A stretch of 64,000 nt of DNA from Candidatus Calditenuaceae archaeon (GCA_025059595.1 JANXDI010000015.1:89872-153871), one strand, 5' to 3'; shown: positions 18,206 through 28,389, counted from the stretch's first letter. Numbers and translations: made by a program. Notes: generated by a model from the sequence alone, not told the origin.

Positions 18206-20533
18206 GTGAATATTTTCGTGAAGGTTATAGTCGGAATTATCCTCGTCTTGGCCCTCCTTTTCGCGTCCGCACCTGAGCTGGCCAACTCTCTGGAGGAGGC
18301 TCATCTCGGCCGCGAAACCGGGCTGACGCCCCTAGCGAGGCTTGAATTTCAGTCAACGAAGCTTGTTTCAGGACTTCTTACGGGTAGGCTTGGAGTCGTC
18401 GCGAGAGGGGAAGACCCTTTGATGAAGCTTGGCGAGGAGGGTGAGGAATATCGGGAAAGGAGGCGCGAAATAGGCGAGGGCGAGGGTGGGCCGATGATTC
18501 CAGCCCTACAAGCGCCGGGCGCCGCAGGCATTCTAGTCCCCTTCAGGAGCCCAGCGCCAGCATTCAGCAGAAACATAATAATTACGCGGGACTTTAGTAG
18601 GGCTCCTATACAGACCGAGCCTCACATCGCGGTGAACCCTAAGAATCCCAACCACTTACTGGTGGGAGTCATTGACTACAACTTCGCCGGGGTGAGCGCC
18701 TATGTTAGCTTAGACGGTGGAGAGACTTGGATTGGGCCGCGGCAGCTCAGATACTTGAAGGATGACCAGGGGTCAGGTGGCGACCCTGTCGTAGCTTTTG
18801 ACAGGGAAGGGAACGCCTACTTTGCCTCAATCTCGATAGGCGTCGAGGAGTTTAGGATTGGCACGGCTGTTTCCGAGGAGGTTGTCTCGAGTATAGTGGT
18901 GGCTAAGAGCGTCGACGGCGGCTTCACATGGTCTGAGCCTATATCCGTGGCAAGGAGTGGAATAACGTTCAGAAACGTTGGAGTTGATGAGAGAGGTAGG
19001 CTGAGGGGAAGCATAGCATTCTCATTCCTCGATAAGCCATGGATGGATGTGGGTCCAGATAAGGCCGACCCGCGCCGCGACGCGATATACGTGACCTACA
19101 CCGAGTTCGCCGTAGTCTGGGACATTTTTTACGTGGAGGAGCTCGTGTTCTTAGGCAATCCGCGCATAGAGTCGGTAATCAAGCTAGTCAAGTCCTCCAC
19201 CGACTTTACAGTCATGACGCCTCCCATTCAAATCAGCCCGGTCGTCGTGCGAGGCTTCGGTGAAGAAGCCGCCCAGAAGAGGGTTGTCCAAGGGTCCCAG
19301 CCCGCGGTCGCTCCCGATGGAACGGTCTATGTCGCCTGGCTAGACACACTCGACGACGACAGCGCCAAAGGACTAGGAGAGATTCACGTGTCTAGGAGCG
19401 CCGATGGTGGAAGGACATGGAGCAGGCCCATTAGAGCGGCCGTCTTCAACGAAGTCAGCTTCCTACCACGTAACGCAGCCTTCAGAAACTGGGGCTCCTC
19501 ATTCCCCCAGATGGCGGTCGGCCCAGCGGGTGAGGTCTACATCGTATTTGTAGGCAGACCAGCAGACAAACAGTTAGATGATGGAGACATCTATTTCGTC
19601 AGGAGCCTCGACGGAGGCGCCACGTGGTCTCAGCCGAAAAGGCTCAACGACGACGAGACAAGCAGGCTCCAATTCTTCCCCTCAGTAACCGTTGACCCTA
19701 AGGGCGTGGTTCACGTGATGTGGGGTGACATGAGGGATGACCCCGTCGAGATAAAATATCATATCTACTACACGACTTCGCAGGATAAGGGCGAGACATG
19801 GGGGTTCGAGATACCTGAGCTCAGACAGAGATTCGGGAGCACAAGGGTCACCGACGCCTACAGCAACCCCAACTACGGCTTCCCCGGCGGCAGGTTCATC
19901 GGTGACTACTTCTCCATTAAGGCGACCGCTGAGGATGTCTATATGGTCTGGGCTGACTGTAGGCTTGGAGAATTCATAGGCGTAAATCAGAAAATAGCCT
20001 TCGCCCGGAGGAGGGCCATGACCGCTCCCTCCATCTTCGTCTCCCCACCCACAGGCGTCGCGGGCAGGGACATAACCATCGTGGGCTCAAACTTCCAGCC
20101 CGACTCCAACATATACATAGAGCTCTCGGGAAGCGTCGTCGCCTACACCAAGACAACCGAAGAAGGCGCATTTGCCGTTCGCATCTTCACGCCTCTAACG
20201 TCTGAGGGCCCGCAGACGCTTGTGGCGTACGACCAGACAGGTAACGCGGCCGTGGCGAGCTTCTACATCGAGTTCGGATTCAACACACTTGCAGATAAAG
20301 TAGCCGCGCTAGAGTCTGAGAGAGCCGTGATTAGAAACCTTACGGCGGAGATTCGCGAGCTCAGCAGCGCGATGAAGGCTGGAGGTAGTGGAGCGTCGAA
20401 TGGCGGCCGAGAAGACGGCCAGACGGTGGAGCTTCCGTGGATTATTTTAACGGCGGTGGCAGGCGTGGCTGCCGGCTTGGCGGCTGGGTTGATTTTATCG
20501 AAGAGGCTCCAGAAGAAGAAGCAGACAGCATAG
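18206..20533 (+). CDS. Secreted, membrane-anchored Asp-box (BNR/sialidase-like) beta-propeller protein
   Basis: Signal peptide; five Asp boxes (SLDGGETW, SVDGGFTW, SADGGRTW, SLDGGATW, SQDKGETW); FIGDY; Ig-like domain; coiled coil; C-terminal TM plus Lys tail. Confidence 0.75.
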   Translation: MNIFVKVIVGIILVLALLFASAPELANSLEEAHLGRETGLTPLARLEFQSTKLVSGLLTGRLGVVARGEDPLMKLGEEGEEYRERRREIGEGEGGPMIPALQAPGAAGILVPFRSPAPAFSRNIIITRDFSRAPIQTEPHIAVNPKNPNHLLVGVIDYNFAGVSAYVSLDGGETWIGPRQLRYLKDDQGSGGDPVVAFDREGNAYFASISIGVEEFRIGTAVSEEVVSSIVVAKSVDGGFTWSEPISVARSGITFRNVGVDERGRLRGSIAFSFLDKPWMDVGPDKADPRRDAIYVTYTEFAVVWDIFYVEELVFLGNPRIESVIKLVKSSTDFTVMTPPIQISPVVVRGFGEEAAQKRVVQGSQPAVAPDGTVYVAWLDTLDDDSAKGLGEIHVSRSADGGRTWSRPIRAAVFNEVSFLPRNAAFRNWGSSFPQMAVGPAGEVYIVFVGRPADKQLDDGDIYFVRSLDGGATWSQPKRLNDDETSRLQFFPSVTVDPKGVVHVMWGDMRDDPVEIKYHIYYTTSQDKGETWGFEIPELRQRFGSTRVTDAYSNPNYGFPGGRFIGDYFSIKATAEDVYMVWADCRLGEFIGVNQKIAFARRRAMTAPSIFVSPPTGVAGRDITIVGSNFQPDSNIYIELSGSVVAYTKTTEEGAFAVRIFTPLTSEGPQTLVAYDQTGNAAVASFYIEFGFNTLADKVAALESERAVIRNLTAEIRELSSAMKAGGSGASNGGREDGQTVELPWIILTAVAGVAAGLAAGLILSKRLQKKKQTA

Positions 20534-20678
20534 ACAGCCTGCTTTTTGGGCTTCACAGTGGGCCGAGGGTATCCAGTACTTCTACCCCCCCAAAGTGGCT
20601 CGCACAGCTCCGCTGAGATTTTCAGTAGCGGCCCAAAACTTATCTATCCGACCGTAAATTTATTCGCTAAGAACCGGT

Positions 20679-23249
20679 ATGCAGCATCTAGTGGCCTTAG
20701 TCCTCATCGGGCTTCTAGGTATAGCGCAGTTCGCATTATTTGCGGATGTTTCTTTAGGCCAGCCCCAGGTTAGCGGCCCCGCGGCTGAGAAGCTTATCTT
20801 CCGCGGAATAGGCTCGCAGGACATCGCCGATAGGGAGATTAAGGCTGGAAGGCTGGACCTCTTCCTCTTCAACCTCAAGACCGAGACTGCGCGCCGCCTG
20901 AGAACCGACCCCACAATCAAACTCCTTGAGACGCCTGCAACCATGTATTCGATAATCTTGAACCCTGCGCCGGCTCCTTCTGGGCAGCTCAACCCATTCT
21001 CAATCAGAGAGGTGAGGCAGGCAATTCAGTATCTCGTGAACAGGGAAGAGGTGGTCTCTGTAATCTTTAAGGGGCTCGCCCAGCCCATGTTTACCTTCGT
21101 AAGCCCCTTTGACCTCGACTACGTTACGGTCTTCGAGGATGTCAAGTCTCTTGGCATTCGTTATGACCCGGACTACGCCCGGTCTGTAATTTCAGATGCG
21201 ATGAGAAGGGCTGGCGCGGAGCTGGTTGACGGTGTCTGGAGGATTGGGGGGCGGGAGATTTCTCTGAAGCTCATCTATAGGGCGGAGGACGAGAGGAGGG
21301 AGATTGGCGAGATGCTTCGCACTGAGTTGGAGAGAGTAGGGTTCAGGGTTGAGCCTATTCTACTGGAGTTTGGGCCGGCTGTTGAGCGGGTCTACTCGCG
21401 AGACCCGGCCGCTTTTGACTGGCACATCTACACCGAGGGTTGGGGGAGGGGGGGAGCGGCGCGATACGAAGCTGGGAGCATTAACCAGTTCTGCGCACCG
21501 TGGCTCGGAAACATGCCCGGCTGGAGGGAGGTCGGGTTCTGGCAGTATGAGAACTCGACTCTAGACGAGCTCGGCCAGAGGCTCTTCAAGGGAGATTACA
21601 GCAGTAAAGAGGAGCGTGACGAGCTCTTCAGGAGAATGACAAGCCTCTGCGTTCAAGAGTCGGTCAGGGTCTGGGTAGCCACCGCAGTCAGCGTCTTTCC
21701 AGCCAGCCCAGACCTATCGCCACTCGTCCTCGACATAGTCGGGGGCCCACGCTCAATCTACACACTCAGAGAGGCCCTAAACCCGGGGCGAGCCGATAGA
21801 AGCCTCGTCGTAGGCCATCTTTGGGTCGAGCCACCTGGTGGAAGGAGCGCGTGGAATCCGGTAGGAGGCTTCGGAGACGTATACAGCGTCGACATCTACC
21901 GGAACATTAATGACCCGCCTCTCGCGCGCCACCCGTTCTCGGGGAAGCCGATACCCTTCAGGGCGGAGTTTAAAGTAGAGGCCTCATCTCCTCGGCCCAC
22001 AGTTCAGGTGCCGGGTGATGCATTCATCTGGGATGCCCAGGCGGGTGGATGGAGGAGGGTGGGTCCCGGAGTCACGGCTAAGAGCAAGGTCGTCTACGAC
22101 TTCTCGAAATACATCGGAACAAAGTGGCACCACGGCCAGGAGATAAGCTGGGCTGACATCCTCTACCCAATATACCAGGCCTTCGACATAGCCTACAACG
22201 ACAAGAAAAGCAGAATCGAGACGGCCATAGCAGTCACATCACGTCCATATCTCGAGACATTCAAGGGCTTCAGAATTTTAGACGGTTCGAGGCTCGAGGT
22301 CTACGTGGACTACTGGCACTTCGAGCCTGAGGTGGTGGCGGAATATGCGCTTCCAACCTCTGTCTCCATGCCGTGGGAGGTCCTGCTCGCGATGGATACT
22401 CTTGTCTTTGAGAGGAGACGGGCCGCATACTCGGATACCGCAGCAGCAAGGTTCAACCCTGAGTTCGGCTGGATAAACTTGGTTAAGGAGCGCGTCTCGA
22501 GACACTTGGCCGAGGTAGTGCTAAGCGAGTTTCTCGCCGCGAAATTCGTGGCTGAGAAGGTGCTGAACATCGATGGTGTTTACCGGGTGAGCGCGGGTGA
22601 GGCTGAAGCGAGGTATCGAGCCGCGATAGAATGGTTCAGGGCCCGTAGACATCTCGTCATAGGTCAGGGACCCTTCATGTTGGAGAGGTTCGACGGCCCA
22701 AGCCAGACAGCGGAGCTAGCGGCCTTCAGGGACCCGACCTACCCCTTCAAGCCAGGAAGATGGTCAGAGTTCACCCGGCTTCCACAATTCACGCTCACCT
22801 CTCCCGCCACCGGCGAACTTAACACGCAGACAGGCGGCACAATCACCCTCAAGCTAGCAGCTCCACAGGGAACCAAGGTCAGATACATCATCCAAGACGC
22901 TGCGCGGGTCCAAGTCGTCGCTAGCGGAGATGCAACACCAAAGCCTGAGGGCGTCTACGAAGTTAGGGTCTCACCGGAGACTGCATCAAGGCTCAGACCC
23001 GGTCTCTACAGACTCTCGATGCTTGCATACAGCCCAGACGAGTTAGGGGTCGTGCTTGAGGTCGAGAGTGAGCTCCGGGTCACGGCGGAGCAGACCGCAA
23101 CCACTAGGGAGACAATCACTCAGACTACACCAACTACTACGCCGAGCGCCCAAACCCCACAGCAAACACCACTTTTATTCGTGGGAATAGGGCTCGCAGC
23201 TGTGGTTGCCCTAGTCTTGGTGGCGCTATTGAGGCGTAGGGGGAGGTAG
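20679..23249 (+). CDS. ABC transporter substrate-binding protein, family 5 (peptide/oligosaccharide), membrane-anchored
   Basis: Signal peptide, LNPFSIREVRQAIQYLVNR, KWHHGQEISWAD, GQGPFML, Thr-rich linker, C-terminal TM with RRRGR. Confidence 0.85.
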   Translation: MQHLVALVLIGLLGIAQFALFADVSLGQPQVSGPAAEKLIFRGIGSQDIADREIKAGRLDLFLFNLKTETARRLRTDPTIKLLETPATMYSIILNPAPAPSGQLNPFSIREVRQAIQYLVNREEVVSVIFKGLAQPMFTFVSPFDLDYVTVFEDVKSLGIRYDPDYARSVISDAMRRAGAELVDGVWRIGGREISLKLIYRAEDERREIGEMLRTELERVGFRVEPILLEFGPAVERVYSRDPAAFDWHIYTEGWGRGGAARYEAGSINQFCAPWLGNMPGWREVGFWQYENSTLDELGQRLFKGDYSSKEERDELFRRMTSLCVQESVRVWVATAVSVFPASPDLSPLVLDIVGGPRSIYTLREALNPGRADRSLVVGHLWVEPPGGRSAWNPVGGFGDVYSVDIYRNINDPPLARHPFSGKPIPFRAEFKVEASSPRPTVQVPGDAFIWDAQAGGWRRVGPGVTAKSKVVYDFSKYIGTKWHHGQEISWADILYPIYQAFDIAYNDKKSRIETAIAVTSRPYLETFKGFRILDGSRLEVYVDYWHFEPEVVAEYALPTSVSMPWEVLLAMDTLVFERRRAAYSDTAAARFNPEFGWINLVKERVSRHLAEVVLSEFLAAKFVAEKVLNIDGVYRVSAGEAEARYRAAIEWFRARRHLVIGQGPFMLERFDGPSQTAELAAFRDPTYPFKPGRWSEFTRLPQFTLTSPATGELNTQTGGTITLKLAAPQGTKVRYIIQDAARVQVVASGDATPKPEGVYEVRVSPETASRLRPGLYRLSMLAYSPDELGVVLEVESELRVTAEQTATTRETITQTTPTTTPSAQTPQQTPLLFVGIGLAAVVALVLVALLRRRGR

Positions 23250-24295
23250 TGGGCGTAGCTAGAACACTGGCGGTTCGGGCCCTTTCACTCGGCCTAGTTT
23301 TACTCGTAGTAATCGCCATACTCGTCGCCATACTCGGCGTGAGCGGGTTCTCAGAGAGGGTTATAACGGCCACGATAAACGAGGAGTTGAGAAACCTCCG
23401 ACAGGCACTGGCACAGCGCATAACTGACCCCACGGAGCTTGAGAATGTCCTCGCCGCCCGCAGGCAAGAGCTCATCGAATCGTATGGGCTGGATAAGCCC
23501 TGGTATTACAGGCTACCCGACATGATTCGCCGCGTTGTCCTCCTCGACTTGGGCGAGTCAAGAGTCATCGAGGGGTTCAGCGGAAGCAGGAGAGTCAGTG
23601 ACATTATACTGGAGAGGATGCCTTTCACACTGATGCTCGTAACCTCAGCGGTCGTGATCTCCACACTGGCGGGAATTTATATAGGCCTCAACCTGGCCCT
23701 GAACCCGGGAAGCCGAAGGGACAGAGCAATCGTCTATCTAGCCGCGATCTCGAACGGGCTTCCAAGCTGGTGGACTGGAATAATTCTCCTGCTAGTGTTC
23801 GTCTATTACGTGAGACTCATGCCGCCGGGCGGCATTATGAGCTCACCTCCACCGACGGAGCCACATTTAATTGCCTTAGACATTATCTGGCACTCAGTTC
23901 TCCCCCTCACGACACTCGTAGCAGTGAGCATAGGTCCATCGGTTTACGCAGCGAGGACCATAGTCCTAAATGTGGCTCAGGAGGACTTTGTGTCCGTTGC
24001 GAGGGCGCGTGGTTTGCCTGAGAGCATTATTCTCCGGAGACATATATTGAGGGCCGCTGCTCCTCCAATCGTAACCATAGTTGTCTTCAGCCTCGCAGGC
24101 TCACTCGGAGGCGCGATACTCACAGAGACGATATTCAACTGGCCAGGGATGGGTAGGCTCTACTACGACGCCGTCGTAAGGGGAGACGAGGCAATAATAA
24201 TCGCCCTCACATACATGTACGGCCTCATCTACGTCGCCGCGCGACTGCTGCTAGAGGCACTCTACCTCATACTAGACCCACGAGTCCGCTTCTGA
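23249..24295 (+). CDS. ABC transporter permease (DppB/OppB-like)
   Basis: GLDKPW, LDLGES, EDFVSVARARGL (EAA loop), ETIFNWPGMG, LDPRVR. Confidence 0.9.
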   Translation: MGVARTLAVRALSLGLVLLVVIAILVAILGVSGFSERVITATINEELRNLRQALAQRITDPTELENVLAARRQELIESYGLDKPWYYRLPDMIRRVVLLDLGESRVIEGFSGSRRVSDIILERMPFTLMLVTSAVVISTLAGIYIGLNLALNPGSRRDRAIVYLAAISNGLPSWWTGIILLLVFVYYVRLMPPGGIMSSPPPTEPHLIALDIIWHSVLPLTTLVAVSIGPSVYAARTIVLNVAQEDFVSVARARGLPESIILRRHILRAAAPPIVTIVVFSLAGSLGGAILTETIFNWPGMGRLYYDAVVRGDEAIIIALTYMYGLIYVAARLLLEALYLILDPRVRF

Positions 24296-24345
24296 GCATT
24301 AACCGAGCCAACACTTATTAGAGGCGTAGCACCACGGAGAGCGGG

Positions 24346-24948
24346 ATGAAAAGCCTAACAGAGGCCAAATACATCGGTGGAGTAGGCTCTATACTTCTTC
24401 TCCTCACGGTTGTCCCAGAGGCGGGCCTCTTCCTCTTCATCGCCGGAATAATCCTGGTAGCGATAGCGGCTAAGAGGATAGCAGACTCTGTTGGCGATTC
24501 CTCGATATTCAACAACATGCTGCTCGGCATTATTCTCTCGATTGTAGGTGGCGCCGCTGGAGTTGCGGTCGGCTTTGCCCTCGGGTTATCGAGCTTCTTC
24601 AGAATCTTTTCCACGCCCCTCCTTACCGGTGATTTTCAATTTGACTTCACAGACCCGGAGCTCTTCCAGCTCCTCACCGAATTGGCGGTTGCTGTGCTTG
24701 CCGCGATCGTCGTAATCTGGGTCTTCGCCATCGCATCCAGCATATTCATCAGGCGAAGCTACGCATCAATCTCGAAGGGCCTTAACGCGGGCCTATTCTC
24801 CACCGTCGGCCTCCTCTATCTAATAGGAGCCGCTACATCGATAATTCTGATCGGATTCGTAATCCTGTTCATCGCGGTCATAATCCAGATTATAGCCTTC
24901 TTCACGATGCCCGAGGAGTTACCGCAGCTGGCCCCCCAGCAAACTTAA
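24346..24948 (+). CDS. DUF996-type integral membrane protein
   Basis: EAKYIGGVGSILLLL start, several TM helices, GLLYLIGAATSIILIG, QIIAFF end. Confidence 0.7.
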   Translation: MKSLTEAKYIGGVGSILLLLTVVPEAGLFLFIAGIILVAIAAKRIADSVGDSSIFNNMLLGIILSIVGGAAGVAVGFALGLSSFFRIFSTPLLTGDFQFDFTDPELFQLLTELAVAVLAAIVVIWVFAIASSIFIRRSYASISKGLNAGLFSTVGLLYLIGAATSIILIGFVILFIAVIIQIIAFFTMPEELPQLAPQQT

Positions 24949-24997
24949 CGTTGGATGCTCCGAAAAGCCAATATGAGGCGAAAAACGACTCATACCG

Positions 24998-26029
24998 ATG
25001 CTTAGAGAGCTCCCTATTCCACCTCACTTCAACCCATCCAAGGCCGATAGCATCTGGCGCGTCCCCTACCAAGAGAGGGCCTCTGAGGCCCTCGAGTGGC
25101 TGATGAAACACTCGATCACGGCCTCGGAGACAGACGATTTTAGAGTCTGCTTGATATTGATTGACGTTCAAAACACGTTCTGTATGCCTGGTTTCGAGCT
25201 TTTCGTGGCTGGGAGAACGGGTAGGGGAGCTGTGGAGGACTGTCAGAGAATTGCTTCGTTCATCTACCGCAACTTAGCCTCGATAACTCGGATAGTGGCC
25301 ACGATGGATACGCATCAGGCTTACCAGATATTTCACTCGGTCTTCTTCGAGGATGAGGATGGGAATCATCCAACCCCCTATACGAGAATAACTGTGGACG
25401 ACGTCAAGAGCGGTAGATGGAGAGTCTCGAAGGAGGCTGCAAGAACCATCGGTATAAGCCACGATTACCTAAAGGCATATGTAAGACATTACGTCGAGAC
25501 ACTGGAGAAAGGAGGAAAATACGAGCTTACGATTTGGCCCTATCACGCGATGCTCGGCGGCATCGGCCACGCCCTAGTCCCAATTGTAGAGGAGGCGGTT
25601 TTCTTCCACAGTATAGCTCGTTCATCACAGCCACTCATCCGGACTAAAGGCTTCTCACCTCTGACGGAGCACTACTCCGCGCTCGGCCCCGAGGTTAAGA
25701 GGGGCCCCGGAGGCGAGGTCATCGGCGAAAGGGATGAGCAGCTGATTAACCACCTGCTCACCTACGACGCCCTAATCGTGGCAGGAGAGGCCAAGAGCCA
25801 CTGCGTAGCTTGGACAGTCTCCGACCTTATTGAGGCTCTGAAGGAGAGGGCCCCGAGCCTCGTCTCCAGAATCTATCTGCTCGAGGACTGCACTTCGCCG
25901 GTTGTCGTTCCAGGGGTCGTGGATTACTCCACGGAGGCGGACCTAGCCTATAAGAGGTTTGAGGCTGAGGGGGCACGTATCGTTAAGTCAACTCAGCCAA
26001 TGAACTTTTGGCCCGGTATGCAGGGCTAA
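24998..26029 (+). CDS. Isochorismatase/nicotinamidase-like cysteine hydrolase (long form)
   Basis: IDVQNTF, TMDTH, IWPYHAMLG, TKG, AGEAKSHCV (D-K-C triad), LLEDCTSPV. Confidence 0.78.
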   Translation: MLRELPIPPHFNPSKADSIWRVPYQERASEALEWLMKHSITASETDDFRVCLILIDVQNTFCMPGFELFVAGRTGRGAVEDCQRIASFIYRNLASITRIVATMDTHQAYQIFHSVFFEDEDGNHPTPYTRITVDDVKSGRWRVSKEAARTIGISHDYLKAYVRHYVETLEKGGKYELTIWPYHAMLGGIGHALVPIVEEAVFFHSIARSSQPLIRTKGFSPLTEHYSALGPEVKRGPGGEVIGERDEQLINHLLTYDALIVAGEAKSHCVAWTVSDLIEALKERAPSLVSRIYLLEDCTSPVVVPGVVDYSTEADLAYKRFEAEGARIVKSTQPMNFWPGMQG

Positions 26030-26062
26030 TTGAGAATGCGTATTTATGGTGGCTTATAGCCT

Positions 26063-26812
26063 GTGAGTGCTAGAAGCATGGAGCTATGGGTCTCCATAGA
26101 CTTGCTTGAAGGCCGCGTAGTCAGACTGATTAAGGGCGACCTCGGAAATATGTTCGTCTACTCAAATAATCCGGCATACGTAGCGAAGCAGCTGGCCTCT
26201 ACGGAGATAGACGGCATCCACGTAGTTGACATCGACGCGGCCTTAAACCGCGGAAGCAACATGGAGGTCATAAAGGAGATTGTTAAAAACGCGAAGGGCA
26301 AGACTGTTCAGGTGGGAGGAGGCTTACGGACGAAGGAGCGTGTCGAGAAAGTCTTCGAGACAGGGGTTGATAGGATAGTTATAGGCACAATCCTTTTCAA
26401 GGACAAGGCTCTGGTTCAGGAGCTTGTCAACAATTATGGGCCCGACAGGCTGATTGCTGCCCTCGACTTCAACAATGAAGGCATAGTCTATGAGGGCTGG
26501 AGCATGACTAGCCTTATGAGGCTGGAGGAGGGGTTTAGACTCGTTGATGACCTCTCACTTAAACTTGTCCTGATGACGGCGGTGGAGAGGGATGGCACGC
26601 TCGCAGGTCCAGACATCAGGTTCTTCCAGAAGATACCTGCCGAGAGGAGATCACACGTATATGCAAGCGGGGGAATTACCACCCCACGCGAGGTTAAGAT
26701 GCTCTCCGGCATAGGCTACCGGGGAATCATTCTCGGAAGAGCCTACTACGAGAAGCTGGCACCGATTAAAGACTACATCAAGGCCGCTAAGGGTGTATCC
26801 AGTGTTAGCTAA
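26063..26812 (+). CDS. hisA: ProFAR isomerase
   Basis: SIDLLEGRVVRL, HVVDID, QVGGGLR, RDGTLAGPD, ASGG. Confidence 0.9.
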   Translation: MSARSMELWVSIDLLEGRVVRLIKGDLGNMFVYSNNPAYVAKQLASTEIDGIHVVDIDAALNRGSNMEVIKEIVKNAKGKTVQVGGGLRTKERVEKVFETGVDRIVIGTILFKDKALVQELVNNYGPDRLIAALDFNNEGIVYEGWSMTSLMRLEEGFRLVDDLSLKLVLMTAVERDGTLAGPDIRFFQKIPAERRSHVYASGGITTPREVKMLSGIGYRGIILGRAYYEKLAPIKDYIKAAKGVSSVS

Positions 26813-27569
26813 GCGGATAATACCATGCCTTGATGTTCATCATGGTGTTGTTGTAAAGGGTGTTTCTTTTAAGCAGCTTCAGACGGCAGGAGACCCGGTG
26901 GACTTGGCGGCGAGATATGTGGATGAGGGGGCGGATGAGCTTGCCCTGCTCGATATATCCGCCTCAGTAGAGGGTAGGGAGACATTCATAGATGTCGTGA
27001 AAAGAGTTGCCTCCGAGATAAACGTCCCCTTCACCGTGGGAGGTGGTGTTAGAGGGGCCGAGGATGCTTACCGTATACTCGCTAACGGGGCCGACAAAGT
27101 CGCGGTCAACACCGCGGCAATCCAAAACACCTCAATAGTCACCAAAATATCAGAGAGGTTTGGCGCACAGTGCACTGTCTTAGCTATCGACGCTAAAAGG
27201 GAGAGCGGCCCTCACGGGCCGTGGTATCAAGTGTATAGCCACAGCGCAACTAGGCCGACGGGGCTTGACGCTGTAAAATGGGCCGTGAAGGGTGAGGAGC
27301 TCGGGGCGGGGGAGATTCTCCTCACCTCGATTGACCAGGATGGTCGGAGGACCGGATACGATGTAGATTTGCTGCGACGGATATCGAGCGCTGTCTCCAT
27401 TCCGGTTATAGCCAGCGGAGGAGCCGGAGAGCTCCGACACTTCCTCGAAGCGATTAAGGAAGGGGGCGCAGACGCGGTCCTCGCCGCCTCAGTTTTTCAC
27501 TACAAAATCTTCACCATCGGGCAGGTCAAGGAATATCTCAAGTCTCACGGCGTGGAGGTTAGGCTGTGA
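26793..27569 (+). CDS. hisF: Imidazole glycerol phosphate synthase cyclase subunit (likely start GTG at 26802)
   Basis: LAKRIIPCLD, GADELALLDI, GAGEILLTSIDQDG, IPVIASGGAG, AASVFH. Confidence 0.96.
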   Translation: MYPVLAKRIIPCLDVHHGVVVKGVSFKQLQTAGDPVDLAARYVDEGADELALLDISASVEGRETFIDVVKRVASEINVPFTVGGGVRGAEDAYRILANGADKVAVNTAAIQNTSIVTKISERFGAQCTVLAIDAKRESGPHGPWYQVYSHSATRPTGLDAVKWAVKGEELGAGEILLTSIDQDGRRTGYDVDLLRRISSAVSIPVIASGGAGELRHFLEAIKEGGADAVLAASVFHYKIFTIGQVKEYLKSHGVEVRL

Positions 27570-27916
27570 CCGAGTTAGAGAAAGCTACAATCTCAGACTT
27601 GAATTTTTCAAAGCTGGGAGGCTTAGTGAACGTTGTTGTCCAAGACATTGAGACAGGGGAGGTGTTGATGTTCGCTCACGCTGATAGGGAGGCTATTGAG
27701 AGGACGCTCCGCGAGGGCCTCGCCTACTTCTACAGCAGGTCGAGAGCTAAGCTCTGGCTGAAGGGTGAAACTTCCGGGAACTACATGAAGGTCGTCGAGA
27801 TACTCGTGGACTGTGACGGCGACGCGGTTATCTACAGGGTAGTTCCACTGGGGCCCGTCTGCCACTTAGGCAGCAGAACATGCTTTACCCGAGTTCTGTC
27901 CTCAGAAACTGTATAA
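27566..27916 (+). CDS. hisI: Phosphoribosyl-AMP cyclohydrolase
   Basis: SRSRAKLWLKGETSG, DCDGD, CHLGSRTCF. Confidence 0.94.
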   Translation: MTELEKATISDLNFSKLGGLVNVVVQDIETGEVLMFAHADREAIERTLREGLAYFYSRSRAKLWLKGETSGNYMKVVEILVDCDGDAVIYRVVPLGPVCHLGSRTCFTRVLSSETV

Positions 27917-27963
27917 TAGGTTAAGTAAATATAGCAGACAGCTTAAAAGTATTTCGATAGCAC

Positions 27964-28389
27964 TTGGTCCGACAAGTCGACTTTAAGTCAGCACCCATTG
28001 ACCCGGATTTCATGAAAAATCTTCCGAAAACCGGCGACCATCACAACCACGCTGTTTGGGGGGAAGGTGTTGAGAGGCTTGACGGGGAGTCGAAGCCATA
28101 TCCCACCAAGCTCGGCATACATGGAACAGCCGTGGCCGTAGATTTCGACAGCTGCATCGCAGACGGAGCGTGTATGGATGTCTGCCCGGTCAACGTCTTT
28201 GAGTGGCTCCTCAACCCGGGCTATTCGGGGACAGGGAAGGACAGGATTATAGACCCGGTGAAGGATAAGGAGTTGTGGGAGAAATATAGGACAGACAAGT
28301 CCGACCCTATCAGGGAGTCTGACTGTATCTTCTGCATGGCATGCGAGTCTGCATGCCCTGTCCAAGCCATTAAAATAACTCCACCCTAA
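27964..28389 (+). CDS. Zinc-containing dicluster ([3Fe-4S][4Fe-4S]) ferredoxin
   Basis: IDP...HHNH...LGIHGT N-terminal extension, CIADGACMDVCP, KSDP, CIFCMACESACP. Confidence 0.88.
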   Translation: MVRQVDFKSAPIDPDFMKNLPKTGDHHNHAVWGEGVERLDGESKPYPTKLGIHGTAVAVDFDSCIADGACMDVCPVNVFEWLLNPGYSGTGKDRIIDPVKDKELWEKYRTDKSDPIRESDCIFCMACESACPVQAIKITPP

